Below are positions 13,206 to 22,529 of a DNA stretch of 64,000 nucleotides, one piece after another. Every line of letters begins with the position of its first letter. Within the stretch, counting starts at the first letter, position 1. Source of the DNA: Acidobacteriota bacterium (GTDB lineage: Bacteria; Bacteroidota; Ignavibacteria; UBA10030; UBA8401); assembly GCA_050258555.1 (NCBI GenBank), contig JBLMZA010000043.1, positions 2,372-66,371 on the forward strand, in the 5' to 3' direction. The position numbers and the translations under genes are program-made. The notes beneath the pieces are model-generated. The model worked only from the letters and a program-made list of their open reading frames with translations. It was not told the origin of the DNA and searched no databases.

Positions 13206-14147
13206 ATGGCGATCAACACCAGAATCACGGAACTTTTTGGGATCGAATATCCTTTGAATGCAGCAGGAATGGTATGGGTGTCAGGATGGAAGCTTGCCGC
13301 CGCCGTCTCGAATGCGGGCGGACTCGGACTGATCGGCGCCGGCTCGATGAAGCCCGACCTTCTGCGTGAACATATCCGGAAGATCAAATCGGCAACGACA
13401 AAGCCCTGGGGCGTCAACCTTCCGCTTACGCGCGGCGATGTCGAGGAGCTGCTTGCCGTCATCTTCGATGAAGGAGTCAGGATCATCTTCACCTCTTCCG
13501 GAAATCCCGCCGTGTTCGCTCCCAGGCTGAAGGAAAAAGGCATGACCGTTGTGCACGTCGTGGCCGCCGTGAAGCACGCCCGGAAGGCCGAGGCCGCCGG
13601 ATGCGACGCCGTCGTGGCCGAAGGCTTCGAAGCCGGAGGACATAACGGATTCGACGAGATCACGACGCTTGCGCTTGTGCCGCAGGTTGTGGACGCCGTG
13701 ACGATACCGGTGATCGCCGCCGGCGGCATCGCCGACGGACGACAGATGCTGGCCTGCATGGCGCTCGGCGCCGAAGGCGTGCAGATCGGCACGGCATTCG
13801 CCGCCACGGCGGAATCGTCCGCGCACGAACGCTACAAGCAGTCGATCATCGAGGCCGACGACGGCGCGACGGTGCTCACGATGAAAAAAGTTTCCCCGCT
13901 GCGCATGCTCAAGACTCCGTTCGCGCTGAAGGTGATGGAAGCCGAAGCCGCAGGAAGATCTAAAGAGGAGCTGCGCGAACTCAACGGCAAGGGCCGCGAG
14001 CGCATGGGCATCTTCGAAGGAAACTGGGAGGAAGGGGAATTCGAAATGGGACAGAGCTCCGGACTCGTCAAGGAAATTCTTCCGGCCTGCGAACTCGTCC
14101 GCCGGTTCATCCGGGAATATGAGGACGCGAAAAAGAACATCGCCTGA
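13206..14147 (+). CDS. fabK: Enoyl-ACP reductase II FabK / nitronate monooxygenase family flavoprotein
   Basis: MAINTRITELFGIEYPLNAAGMVWVSGWKLAAAVSNAGGLGLIGAGS...AEGFEAGGH...VIAAGGIADG, the typical FabK/NMO TIM barrel. Start chosen at M59 of the track ORF (AGGAAAAA 6 nt upstream); the upstream extension is non-homologous. Confidence 0.8.
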   Translation: MAINTRITELFGIEYPLNAAGMVWVSGWKLAAAVSNAGGLGLIGAGSMKPDLLREHIRKIKSATTKPWGVNLPLTRGDVEELLAVIFDEGVRIIFTSSGNPAVFAPRLKEKGMTVVHVVAAVKHARKAEAAGCDAVVAEGFEAGGHNGFDEITTLALVPQVVDAVTIPVIAAGGIADGRQMLACMALGAEGVQIGTAFAATAESSAHERYKQSIIEADDGATVLTMKKVSPLRMLKTPFALKVMEAEAAGRSKEELRELNGKGRERMGIFEGNWEEGEFEMGQSSGLVKEILPACELVRRFIREYEDAKKNIA

Positions 14148-14175
14148 TCCAGGGGCGGTCACCCGCTATCACACT

Positions 14176-17100
14176 ATGACAGGACACATGAGATCATTTC
14201 TTGACACACTGAACGAAAAAGTCGTCGTCTTCGACGGCGCAATGGGCACGAACATCCAGGCGCAGATGCTCACCGCGGACGATTTCGGCGGCGAGCATCT
14301 GAACGGCTGCAACGAATACCTCGTCATCTCGAAGCCCTCGGCAATCCGGAAGGTCCATGCCGATTTTCTGGCGGCCGGCGTGGACGTGATCGAGACCGAC
14401 TCGTTCGGCTCGGCGCCCATTGTGCTTGCCGAATACCATCTCGAGAACCGGGCATACGAGCTCAACCTGAAAGCGGCGCATCTGGCCAAAAACGTCGCGC
14501 GCGATTTCTCGACGCCGACGCATCCACGCTACGTCGCCGGATCGATCGGACCCACCACGAAGCTGCCCTCGCTCGGACACATCTCGTTCAGGGAGATGAG
14601 AGAAAGTTATTATCAGCAGGTCTCGGGACTGATCGACGGCGGGGTCGATCTGCTGATGATCGAAACATGCCAGGATATTCTTCAGACGAAGGCGTGCTTG
14701 AGCGCGGTTTTTCAATGCTTTAGGGATAAGCATGTGAAGCTTCCCATTATTGCCTCGATCACGATCGAACAGACCGGCACGATGCTCATGGGCACCGAAA
14801 TCGCTGCGGCGCTGACGGCGCTCGAGCCCTTCGATATCACGGTGATCGGCATGAACTGCGCCACCGGACCGAAGGAAATGTCGGAGAACATCCGCTATCT
14901 CTGCACGAACTCGCCGCTGCCCGTGTCCTGCATTCCCAATGCGGGACTTCCCGAAAATGTCGGGGGACACGCGCATTATCATCTGTCGCCCGAGGATTTT
15001 TCGGGCTATCTCACGCATTTCGTCAAGGATCTCGGCGTCAGCGTCGTGGGCGGCTGCTGCGGCACCCGTCCCGAACATCTGAAGGCGCTTGCCGACTCCG
15101 TGGGCGGCCTCTCGCCGCGTCCGCGCGATGCCGAATATGTGCCGGGGGCGTCGAGTCTCTACGGGGCGTCGCCCTTCTATATCAATCCCGCCCCGGTGAT
15201 TGTGGGCGAGCGGGCGAATGCCAACGGATCGAAAAAATTCCGCGAGCTGCTCCAGGCCGAGGATTTCGATTCGATCGTGAATATCGGCAAGGAGCAGGTG
15301 AAGGAAGGGGCGCACATTCTCGATCTGTGCGTGGCGTACGTGGGGCGCGATGAGGTGCGCGACATGCACGAGGCGGCCTACCGCTACAACACGCAGGTGC
15401 CGCTGCCGGTGATGATCGATTCGACCGAGGCGCCGGTGATCGAAGAGGCGCTGCAGCTGTTTGCGGGAAAGTGCATCATCAATTCGATCAATATGGAGGA
15501 CGGGGAGGAGCGCATCGACAAGATCGTGCCGCTGTGCCGGCAGTACGGAGCCGCCGTCGTGGCGCTGACGATCGACGAAGCCGGCATGGCCAAGACGGCG
15601 GAAAAGAAGGTCGAGATCGCCGGGCGGATCTATTCGCTTGTCGTCGGCAAGTACGGCATGAAGCCGCACGACCTCATCTTCGACACGCTCACGTTCACGC
15701 TCGGATCGGGCGAGGAGGAATTCCGCCGCGCCGGCATCGAGACGATCGAGGCGATCCGTCTGATCAAGGAGCGCTTCCCGCAGGTGAAGACCATTCTCGG
15801 CGTGAGCAATATTTCGTTCGGACTCGGCGCGCACATGCGCCATGTGCTCAATTCCGTGTTCCTGCATTACGCGATCGAAGCCGGCCTCGATATGGCGATC
15901 GTGAATGCGCAGAAGATCCTGCCTCTCTACAAGATCGACGAGAAAGGACGGGAGCTCTGCCGGCAGCTGATCTTCGACGAGCGGCGGTTCGAGGGCGGCG
16001 TATGCACATTCGATCCGCTCATGGAGCTGATGGCGTACTATGCTGACAAAAAATCCGCGCTGAAGGAGGAAAAGAAGGAGCGCGCCGGCACGATCGAGGA
16101 GATCCTGAAGGCGCGCATCATCGACGGAGACCGTCAGGGATTGAACGAGGACCTCGAAGCGGCGTTGAAAAACTATACGGCGCTGGACATCATCAATACG
16201 ATCCTGCTGGACGGAATGAAGACCGTGGGCGAGCTCTTCGGACGCGGCGACATGCAGCTGCCGTTCGTGCTCCAGTCGGCAGAGGTGATGAAATCGGCCG
16301 TCGCCTATCTCGAGCAGTACATGGAAAAATCGGAAACGACCACGAAGGGATCGATCGTGCTGGCGACCGTGAAGGGCGACGTCCACGACATCGGCAAGAA
16401 TCTCGTCGATATCATCCTCACCAATAACGGATATAAGGTGCACAACCTCGGCATCAAGCAGCCGATCGAACACATCATCAAGACGTTCGAGGAAACGAAT
16501 GCCGATGCGATCGGCATGTCGGGCCTCCTGGTGAAGTCGACGCTCGTGATGAAGGAAAACCTCGAGGTGCTGAACGAACGCGGCCTCACGCCGCCGATCG
16601 TGCTCGGCGGCGCGGCGCTCACGCGGCGCTACGTGGAGAACGATCTGCGCGCGGTCTACAAGGGCGTCGTCAGCTATGCCGGCGACGCCTTCGACGGCCT
16701 GCACTTCATGGAAAAACTGAAGAATGAAGGCGCCGCAAGTTTCGACATCGGCCGTGCGGCCGCCGCCGAGGAAGACAGCGAGGAGGTGCTCACCGGCACC
16801 GAAGCGAAGATCGCCCTGTCGATGAAGGAAGTCGGCACATCGGCAATCGTCCCGGCCGAGGACATTCCGTCGCCGCCGTTTTGGGGAACGAAGATCGTCG
16901 AAGATCTTTCTCTGGAGGACATTTACCGCTACGTCAACGAATCGGCGCTCATCAAGGGACAGTGGCAGGTGAGAAAGGGAAGGCGCACGGAGGAGGAATA
17001 CCGCCGGCAGCTGGAGACATCGGTGTATCCCGATCTGAAGGAGCTGAAGGACCTGTGCATGCGCGAACGTCTCCTGGTGCCCAAGGTGGTCTATGGATAT

Positions 17101-17658
17101 TTCCCGTGCCAGTCGTCGGGCAATGATCTCATCATATACGAGGACGATCGGAAGACGGAACGCACGCGCTTCACATTCCCGCGCCAGAAGGACGACCGTC
17201 ATCTCTGCCTGGCCGATTATTTTGCGTCGGTCGGATCGGGAAGAATCGACGTCGTCGCATTCCACCTGGTGACGATGGGACGGCGGGCATCGGAATATTC
17301 GGCCGCGCTGTTCGCGGCGAACGACTACAAGAAGTATCTGTATTTCCACGGCCTGAGCGTGGAATCGACCGAGGCGCTTGCCGAGCTGTGGCACAAGCGG
17401 ATCCGGGAGGAACTCGGCATCGCCGGACAGGATGCGCCTGATATCCGCCGGCTCTTCAGCCAGGGGTACCGCGGATCGCGCTACAGTTTCGGGTATGCCG
17501 CATGTCCGAACCTCGAGGACCATGTGAAGCTCTTTGCGCTGCTCGAGCCGGGCAGAATCGGCGTGAAGCTCACGGAGGAATTCATGCTCGAGCCCGAACA
17601 GTCGACCGATGCGATCATCGTGCATCATCCGCAGGCCAAGTATTTCAACATCAAATAG
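14176..17658 (+). CDS. metH: Cobalamin-dependent methionine synthase MetH
   Basis: All four modules are present: Hcy-binding (VFDGAMGT), pterin-binding, B12-binding (DVHDIGKN...GLSGLL) and the AdoMet reactivation domain. The start could also be ATG 14188. Confidence 0.9.
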   Translation: MTGHMRSFLDTLNEKVVVFDGAMGTNIQAQMLTADDFGGEHLNGCNEYLVISKPSAIRKVHADFLAAGVDVIETDSFGSAPIVLAEYHLENRAYELNLKAAHLAKNVARDFSTPTHPRYVAGSIGPTTKLPSLGHISFREMRESYYQQVSGLIDGGVDLLMIETCQDILQTKACLSAVFQCFRDKHVKLPIIASITIEQTGTMLMGTEIAAALTALEPFDITVIGMNCATGPKEMSENIRYLCTNSPLPVSCIPNAGLPENVGGHAHYHLSPEDFSGYLTHFVKDLGVSVVGGCCGTRPEHLKALADSVGGLSPRPRDAEYVPGASSLYGASPFYINPAPVIVGERANANGSKKFRELLQAEDFDSIVNIGKEQVKEGAHILDLCVAYVGRDEVRDMHEAAYRYNTQVPLPVMIDSTEAPVIEEALQLFAGKCIINSINMEDGEERIDKIVPLCRQYGAAVVALTIDEAGMAKTAEKKVEIAGRIYSLVVGKYGMKPHDLIFDTLTFTLGSGEEEFRRAGIETIEAIRLIKERFPQVKTILGVSNISFGLGAHMRHVLNSVFLHYAIEAGLDMAIVNAQKILPLYKIDEKGRELCRQLIFDERRFEGGVCTFDPLMELMAYYADKKSALKEEKKERAGTIEEILKARIIDGDRQGLNEDLEAALKNYTALDIINTILLDGMKTVGELFGRGDMQLPFVLQSAEVMKSAVAYLEQYMEKSETTTKGSIVLATVKGDVHDIGKNLVDIILTNNGYKVHNLGIKQPIEHIIKTFEETNADAIGMSGLLVKSTLVMKENLEVLNERGLTPPIVLGGAALTRRYVENDLRAVYKGVVSYAGDAFDGLHFMEKLKNEGAASFDIGRAAAAEEDSEEVLTGTEAKIALSMKEVGTSAIVPAEDIPSPPFWGTKIVEDLSLEDIYRYVNESALIKGQWQVRKGRRTEEEYRRQLETSVYPDLKELKDLCMRERLLVPKVVYGYFPCQSSGNDLIIYEDDRKTERTRFTFPRQKDDRHLCLADYFASVGSGRIDVVAFHLVTMGRRASEYSAALFAANDYKKYLYFHGLSVESTEALAELWHKRIREELGIAGQDAPDIRRLFSQGYRGSRYSFGYAACPNLEDHVKLFALLEPGRIGVKLTEEFMLEPEQSTDAIIVHHPQAKYFNIK

Positions 17659-17778
17659 GATTCAATCCTCCTGCGGCGGTTTTTGCTTTTCGGCGGCGGT
17701 TTTCGTATTTTGGAATGATTTTTTTCAGTGCTTATCCATTCCAACCATTACAGTTCAACAGAAGGAATCAGACGAATC

Positions 17779-18414
17779 ATGGGAAATCTCGTATTAGTGC
17801 GCCACGGCGAATCGCAATGGAATCTTGAGAATCGCTTCACCGGCTGGGTCGATGTTCCGCTTTCGACCAAGGGTGAAGAGGAGGCCCGCGCGGCAGGCGA
17901 GAAGCTGAAGGGCTTCACATTCGACAAGGCATTCACCTCCGTGCTTCAGCGCGCCAACAAGACGCTGCAGACGATCCTCGAGGTGACGGGACAGACGGGC
18001 ATTCCCGTCGAATACGACCAGGCGCTGAACGAACGCCACTACGGCGCGCTGCAGGGACTGAACAAGGCCGAGACAGCCGAAAAATACGGAGCCGAACAGG
18101 TGAAGATCTGGCGCCGCAGCTACGATGTTCCGCCTCCGGCCGACAAGACCGAACTGAATCCCGACGGCATCAGCGAAAGCCTCAAGGATACGGCGGCGCG
18201 CACGCTTCCGTATTACGAGAAGCACATTCTGCCCGAGATCCTGGCGGGGAAGAACATCATCGTCGCCGCGCATGGCAACAGCCTGCGATCGATCGTCATG
18301 CATCTCGAGGATCTGACCAAGGAGCAGGTGCTCGAGCTCAACATTCCGACCGGCGCGCCGCTTCTGTACGTGTTCGATGCCTCCGGCGCCATTGTGGACC
18401 ACAAGTATCTCTGA
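17779..18414 (+). CDS. gpmA: 2,3-bisphosphoglycerate-dependent phosphoglycerate mutase
   Basis: [12 protein letters not shown] catalytic His motif, ERHYG and AHGNSLR. Start at M18 of the track ORF with AAGGAA upstream. Confidence 0.9.
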   Translation: MGNLVLVRHGESQWNLENRFTGWVDVPLSTKGEEEARAAGEKLKGFTFDKAFTSVLQRANKTLQTILEVTGQTGIPVEYDQALNERHYGALQGLNKAETAEKYGAEQVKIWRRSYDVPPPADKTELNPDGISESLKDTAARTLPYYEKHILPEILAGKNIIVAAHGNSLRSIVMHLEDLTKEQVLELNIPTGAPLLYVFDASGAIVDHKYL

Positions 18415-18450
18415 GCGCGTCCTGAATTTTTTCAACAAACCTGTGGTGAT

Positions 18451-18490
18451 GCCCGGAAAGCCGAACGCTGTTCCGGGCATATTTTTTTTG
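18451..18490 (+). terminator. Rho-independent terminator of gpmA
   Basis: 8-bp stem gcccggaa/ttccgggc with a 12-nt loop, followed by a T8 run. Confidence 0.8.
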
Positions 18491-18498
18491 AACGTGTA

Positions 18499-18527
18499 TT
18501 GATATTCCATCTTGTTTTTGCTATCAT
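18499..18527 (+). promoter_or_regulatory. Candidate sigma70-type promoter for the ferredoxin gene
   Basis: TTGATA-17 bp-TATCAT in an AT-rich 235-bp intergenic region; it would give a 5' UTR of about 115 nt. Confidence 0.35.
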
Positions 18528-18649
18528 TCACAATACAATAATAGGACCGGCTAACACCATCCCTGTACAACACTGCATAGAAGTATAGGAATTATATACA
18601 CTTTCAATCACCCCCTTACTATTTTTTTCTTGTTCAAGGAGACAGTCTC

Positions 18650-18988
18650 ATGGCAACAAAGATCACAGATGAATGCATCAACTGCGGTGCATGCGAACCC
18701 GAATGCCCCAACACGGCCATCTACGCCGGCGGCGCACAGTATGAACTGAACGGCGGAACGTTCGACGCGCTGTCGAACGACTTCTACTACATCGTTCCCG
18801 AGAAGTGCACGGAATGCGTCGGCCACTTCGACCAGGAACAGTGCGCGTCGGTCTGCCCGGTCGACTGCTGCGTCCCCGATCCGGACCGCGTCGAATCGGA
18901 AGAGGCGCTTCTCGAGCGCGCAAAGGCGATTCATCCCGAGCGTGAGTTCGGCGAACTGAGCGCGGCAAACTCGCACTACCGCAAGTAA
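18650..18988 (+). CDS. 2x[4Fe-4S] ferredoxin
   Basis: [12 protein letters not shown] and [21 protein letters not shown] cysteine clusters; AAGGAGA Shine-Dalgarno 8 nt upstream. Confidence 0.85.
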   Translation: MATKITDECINCGACEPECPNTAIYAGGAQYELNGGTFDALSNDFYYIVPEKCTECVGHFDQEQCASVCPVDCCVPDPDRVESEEALLERAKAIHPEREFGELSAANSHYRK

Positions 18989-19006
18989 GGCTGTATGACC
19001 ATACAA

Positions 19007-19043
19007 AGTCGGTTTGTCGCATTCGATGAACCGGCTTTTTTTA
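19007..19043 (+). terminator. Possible intrinsic terminator/attenuator between the ferredoxin and Rieske genes
   Basis: 8-bp stem with one G-U pair (agtcggtt/aaccggct) and a 14-nt loop, followed by a T7 run. Confidence 0.45.
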
Positions 19044-19066
19044 TTTTAAACGCGTCCCGCACACAC

Positions 19067-19381
19067 ATGGCACGGATCAGAATCGCACACATCGACGAGC
19101 TCAAACCGCGGCGCGGCATCGTCCGCACCGTTCACGGAGAGGACATCGCGCTGTTCATCGTGGACGGCGCCGTTCACGCCGTCAGCAACTATTGTCCGCA
19201 TCAGCACGCCTCGAAGCTGCACGAGAGCATCGTGGAAGGGTCCGTGATCACCTGTCCGATGCACGGATGGGCGTTCGATCTCTGCACCGGCGCGCCGGTG
19301 AATGCGGCCGGCCGTCTGACGAAGTTCGCGACGGAAGTGCGGGGCGGCATCGTCTATGTCGACATCGATGACGCCGACTGA
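19067..19381 (+). CDS. Rieske [2Fe-2S] domain protein (NirD-like small Rieske ferredoxin)
   Basis: CPHQHASK...CPMHGW Rieske ligand boxes in a 104-aa protein. Start taken at M25 of the track ORF. Confidence 0.75.
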   Translation: MARIRIAHIDELKPRRGIVRTVHGEDIALFIVDGAVHAVSNYCPHQHASKLHESIVEGSVITCPMHGWAFDLCTGAPVNAAGRLTKFATEVRGGIVYVDIDDAD

Positions 19382-20324
19382 ACAGATACGGCGCAGGGCG
19401 CTCGAGCTGGGATTTGCGAAAGTGGGGATCGCCCGGGCCGACGTGCTCGAACCTGAGGCGGCCCGGCTGGAGGAATGGCTGCGCCGCGGCTACCACGCGG
19501 AGATGGAGTGGATGAGGAACTCCGTCGCCAAGCGGAGCGACGTGCGCGTGCTCGTGCCGGGTGCGAAGAGCGTGATCGTCGCAGCGGAAAATTACTATAC
19601 GCCCGTCCGCCACGGCACGGCGGCGGACGAGGGGAAGATCTCGCGCTATGCATGGGGCGACGACTATCACATCCACGCGCAGAAAAGAATCGAAGCGCTC
19701 TTTGACTGCATCAAACAAATAGAGCCCGGGGCGCCGGGACGGTACTACGTGGACACGGGCCCCGTGATGGAAAAAGCGTGGGCTGCGCGCGCGGGGCTCG
19801 GCTGGCAGGGCAAGCATTCGAACCTCATCACGCGGGAATTCGGATCGTGGGTGTTTCTGGCGGTGATCATCACGACGCTCGAACTCGACGCCGACGAACC
19901 CCTGGCCGACATGTGCGGCACCTGCAGAGCCTGCATCGATGCATGTCCGACGCAGGCGATCACCGAGCCGTATGTCGTCGATGCGGGCCGATGCATTTCC
20001 TTTCAGACGATCGAGCACCGGGGAGACATCGATGCGGAGCTTGCCGACAAATTCGGCAGCTGGGTCTACGGGTGCGATATCTGCCAGGATGTGTGTCCAT
20101 GGAACCGTTTCGCCAGGGAGACACCGCATCAGGCATATCAGCCCCGGGAAGGCGCCGCGGCGCCGAAACTCGAGACGCTGATCTCGATGACGCAGGAGGA
20201 TTTTTCGTTCCGGTTTTCAAAAAGCGCGGTCAAGCGCGCAAAACTTGCGGGACTCGTCCGGAATGCCCTGATCGCCCGGCGCAATGCGGACCGGGAGCAG
20301 GACGACGAGAGAACCCCGCACTAA
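19368..20324 (+). CDS. queG: Epoxyqueuosine reductase QueG
   Basis: QueG N-terminal domain plus two 4Fe-4S motifs (CGTCRACIDACP, CDICQDVCPWN) and a HEAT-like C-terminus. It overlaps the Rieske gene by 14 nt; the alternative start 19356 gives a 26-nt overlap. Confidence 0.85.
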   Translation: MTPTEQIRRRALELGFAKVGIARADVLEPEAARLEEWLRRGYHAEMEWMRNSVAKRSDVRVLVPGAKSVIVAAENYYTPVRHGTAADEGKISRYAWGDDYHIHAQKRIEALFDCIKQIEPGAPGRYYVDTGPVMEKAWAARAGLGWQGKHSNLITREFGSWVFLAVIITTLELDADEPLADMCGTCRACIDACPTQAITEPYVVDAGRCISFQTIEHRGDIDAELADKFGSWVYGCDICQDVCPWNRFARETPHQAYQPREGAAAPKLETLISMTQEDFSFRFSKSAVKRAKLAGLVRNALIARRNADREQDDERTPH

Positions 20325-20396
20325 CTTTCACTGTTACGATCATACAGAGGCGCCGCGTTTTCGGGACGGGCGCCGCATACCACAGCAAGGGATACT

Positions 20397-21341
20397 ATGG
20401 AACCACAGCATCGCAATGTCATCATCATCGGATCGGGACCGGCAGGACTCACCGCGGGCATTTATACGGGACGCGCGAACCTTTCACCGCTGATCTTCGA
20501 AGGCATGCAGCCCGGAGGACAGCTCACAATCACCACCGAAGTCGAGAATTATCCCGGATTTCCGAACGGCATCATGGGACCGGAAATGATGGAAACCATG
20601 CGCGCGCAGGCGCTGAAATTCGGCGCGGAGTCGATGTTCAAAGAAGTCACCTCCGTCGATTTCTCGAAGCGTCCGTTTGAGATCGTCGCCGATGAGCAGC
20701 TCTATACGGCATCGGCCGTCATCGTCGCCACCGGCGCCTCGGCCAAGCTGCTCAACATTCCTTCGGAAGCCGAATACATGGGCTACGGCGTGAGCGCCTG
20801 CGCCACATGCGACGGATTCTTCTATCGGGGCAAGGAAGTGTTCGTGGTCGGCGGCGGGGACACCGCGCTGGAGGAAGCCACGTTCCTGACGCGCTTCGCA
20901 TCGAAAGTGACCGTGATCCACCGCCGCGACGAATTCCGCGCATCGAAGATCATGCAGGAGCGCGCTCTCAAGAATCCGAAGGTTTCCGTGCTCTGGGATA
21001 CCGCCGTCGACGAAGTGCTGGGGAAGAAGGAAGACGGCCGGAAATTCGTGACGGGATTGAAATTGAAGCATACGAAGACCCATGCAATAACGGAAGTCGC
21101 AGCCGACGGTCTTTTTATCGCCATCGGCCATCAGCCGAATACGAAGCTCTTCCGCGGCATGCTCGACATGGATGAGAAGGAGTATCTGAAGGTGCAGCCG
21201 GGTTCGACACGCACGAATATTCCGGGCGTGTTCGCCGCCGGCGATGTCGCCGATTCGGTCTACCGGCAGGCGGTCACCGCGGCCGGCTCGGGCTGCATGG
21301 CGGCCATCGACGCCGAACGATATCTTGAAACCATGGATTGA
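20397..21341 (+). CDS. trxB: Thioredoxin-disulfide reductase TrxB
   Basis: GSGPAG FAD motif, redox-active CATC, GGGDTA NADPH motif and C-terminal GDV.D. Confidence 0.9.
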   Translation: MEPQHRNVIIIGSGPAGLTAGIYTGRANLSPLIFEGMQPGGQLTITTEVENYPGFPNGIMGPEMMETMRAQALKFGAESMFKEVTSVDFSKRPFEIVADEQLYTASAVIVATGASAKLLNIPSEAEYMGYGVSACATCDGFFYRGKEVFVVGGGDTALEEATFLTRFASKVTVIHRRDEFRASKIMQERALKNPKVSVLWDTAVDEVLGKKEDGRKFVTGLKLKHTKTHAITEVAADGLFIAIGHQPNTKLFRGMLDMDEKEYLKVQPGSTRTNIPGVFAAGDVADSVYRQAVTAAGSGCMAAIDAERYLETMD

Positions 21342-21361
21342 GCGATACATCGGCTGATCTG

Positions 21362-21387
21362 TTCATATGCGCACATGCGCATATGAA
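21362..21387. promoter_or_regulatory. 26-bp near-perfect palindrome TTCATATGCGCA-CA-TGCGCATATGAA
   Basis: Perfect 11-bp inverted arms with a 4-nt spacer, 20 bp after the trxB stop and immediately before the trxB terminator. It may be an operator or an accessory hairpin. Confidence 0.3.
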
Positions 21388-21388
21388 A

Positions 21389-21428
21389 AAGCCCTTCTGC
21401 AATGCACGATTGCGGAAGGGCTTTTTTT
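21389..21428 (+). terminator. Rho-independent terminator of trxB
   Basis: 15-bp stem (aagcccttctgcaat/attgcggaagggctt, one G-U pair) with loop gcacg, followed by a T7 run. Confidence 0.85.
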
Positions 21429-21569
21429 ATGTTGAAAAATTGTCGCACGGAGATGTCAAAATTTCAGCGAAAAAATATCATTCTGGCAGGCAGGGTGACA
21501 AAGTGCCGAGCATGAGGCCGCCCCTGCGGAAGAGGCACGGAAATCGGCAGGATTTTGCGGGGCAAAAAT

Positions 21570-21585
21570 TGGCACGCCGTTTGAA
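21570..21585 (+). promoter_or_regulatory. Sigma54-like -24/-12 element upstream of the Hsp20 cluster (imperfect)
   Basis: TGGCACGccgtTTGA: a perfect -24 TGGCACG with correct spacing, but the -12 reads GA instead of the near-invariant GC. No enhancer-binding-protein gene was seen in the window. Confidence 0.2.
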
Positions 21586-21651
21586 AAAGTATATAGCGTG
21601 AACGACAACGAAGACAACCACCATCAAAAAGATCAACAGAGGAGGAAAGCC

Positions 21652-22086
21652 ATGTTAGTACGATTCCAATCCGCCCCGATTCCACAGTCGCCGCTGGAAC
21701 TGCTCTTCGACCGCGGAACGATGTTCCCCGATTTGTTCTGGCAGCCGCTTGAAGCGCGCACGAATGCGTTCCCGTATGTGAACATTGCGGACATGAACGA
21801 CACGATCCATGTGGTCGCAGAGATCCCCGGCGTGCCGAAGAGCGACATCAACATCCACCTGCAGAACGATGTGCTCACGATCAGCGGCGAGAGGAAGCGG
21901 CCCGAGGAGAAACCCGAGGCTGCGCATGTGCGGCGCGAGATCCGGTATGGACAGTTTGAACGCTCATTCAAGCTGCCGTACGAAGTGGATGCGTCGAAAG
22001 TGACGGCCGAATACAGCGACGGCGTGCTTCGCATACAGCTTCCGAAGACCGAAGCGGCGAAGCCGAGGTCGATCGATATCAAGTAA
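21652..22086 (+). CDS. Hsp20/alpha-crystallin family small heat-shock protein
   Basis: Alpha-crystallin domain (DMNDTIHVVAEIPGVPKSDINIHLQNDVLTISGERK...GQFERSFKLP...AEYSDGVLRIQLPK). GGAGGA Shine-Dalgarno 6 nt upstream. Start is M19 of the track ORF. Confidence 0.85.
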   Translation: MLVRFQSAPIPQSPLELLFDRGTMFPDLFWQPLEARTNAFPYVNIADMNDTIHVVAEIPGVPKSDINIHLQNDVLTISGERKRPEEKPEAAHVRREIRYGQFERSFKLPYEVDASKVTAEYSDGVLRIQLPKTEAAKPRSIDIK

Positions 22087-22120
22087 GCAACTGAATCGGA
22101 TTGTGAAAGGAGAAATGATT

Positions 22121-22474
22121 ATGGAACAGAATCAAACCAGACCGGCGGCCCGGCGCGTCGTGCCGGCAGCCGATATCCAGGAACTGCCTCAGTCGTATAT
22201 TGTGCGCATGGACATGCCCGGCGCATCGCGCGATGCGATCAAGGCGCAGATCGAGGAAGGCGTGCTGACCGTTGAAGTGACGGTCGATCCCTACTTCGCG
22301 AAGGACGCCACGCTGCTCGTGGACGATTCGCTGCCGATCGAATATCATCGCAAATTTTCACTGGCCGAGGACGTCGACCAGCAGGCCGTCGATGCGGCCT
22401 ACGACCTTGGTGTGCTGACCATCACGCTCAACAAGAAGCAGCATTTTCTGCCGCGCCAGATCTCGATCCAGTAA
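22121..22474 (+). CDS. Hsp20 family protein (divergent)
   Basis: Alpha-crystallin-like core (YIVRMDMPGASRDAIKAQIEEGVLTVEV...FSLAEDVD...YDLGVLTITL); AAGGAG Shine-Dalgarno 8 nt upstream of ATG 22121. Confidence 0.75.
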   Translation: MEQNQTRPAARRVVPAADIQELPQSYIVRMDMPGASRDAIKAQIEEGVLTVEVTVDPYFAKDATLLVDDSLPIEYHRKFSLAEDVDQQAVDAAYDLGVLTITLNKKQHFLPRQISIQ

Positions 22475-22529
22475 GGGGCCGGCAGGCACAGTATCAATCA
22501 ATCATGTATTCATTCAAAGGAGGATCGTT

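Noticed and set aside
17659-17778. Repeated cggcggtttt motifs after metH, read as a terminator.
   Set aside because: The repeats are direct rather than inverted. The only hairpin (aggatt-c-aatcct) has a 1-nt loop and cannot form. The call is too uncertain to make.
21581-21625. Sigma32-type heat-shock promoter (TTGAAA...CCCCAT) upstream of the Hsp20 genes.
   Set aside because: TTGAAA is present, but the only CCACCAT-like sequence lies about 31 nt downstream, well outside the 13-15 nt spacing. The short TTGAAA-to-TATATA spacing also rules out a sigma70 reading.
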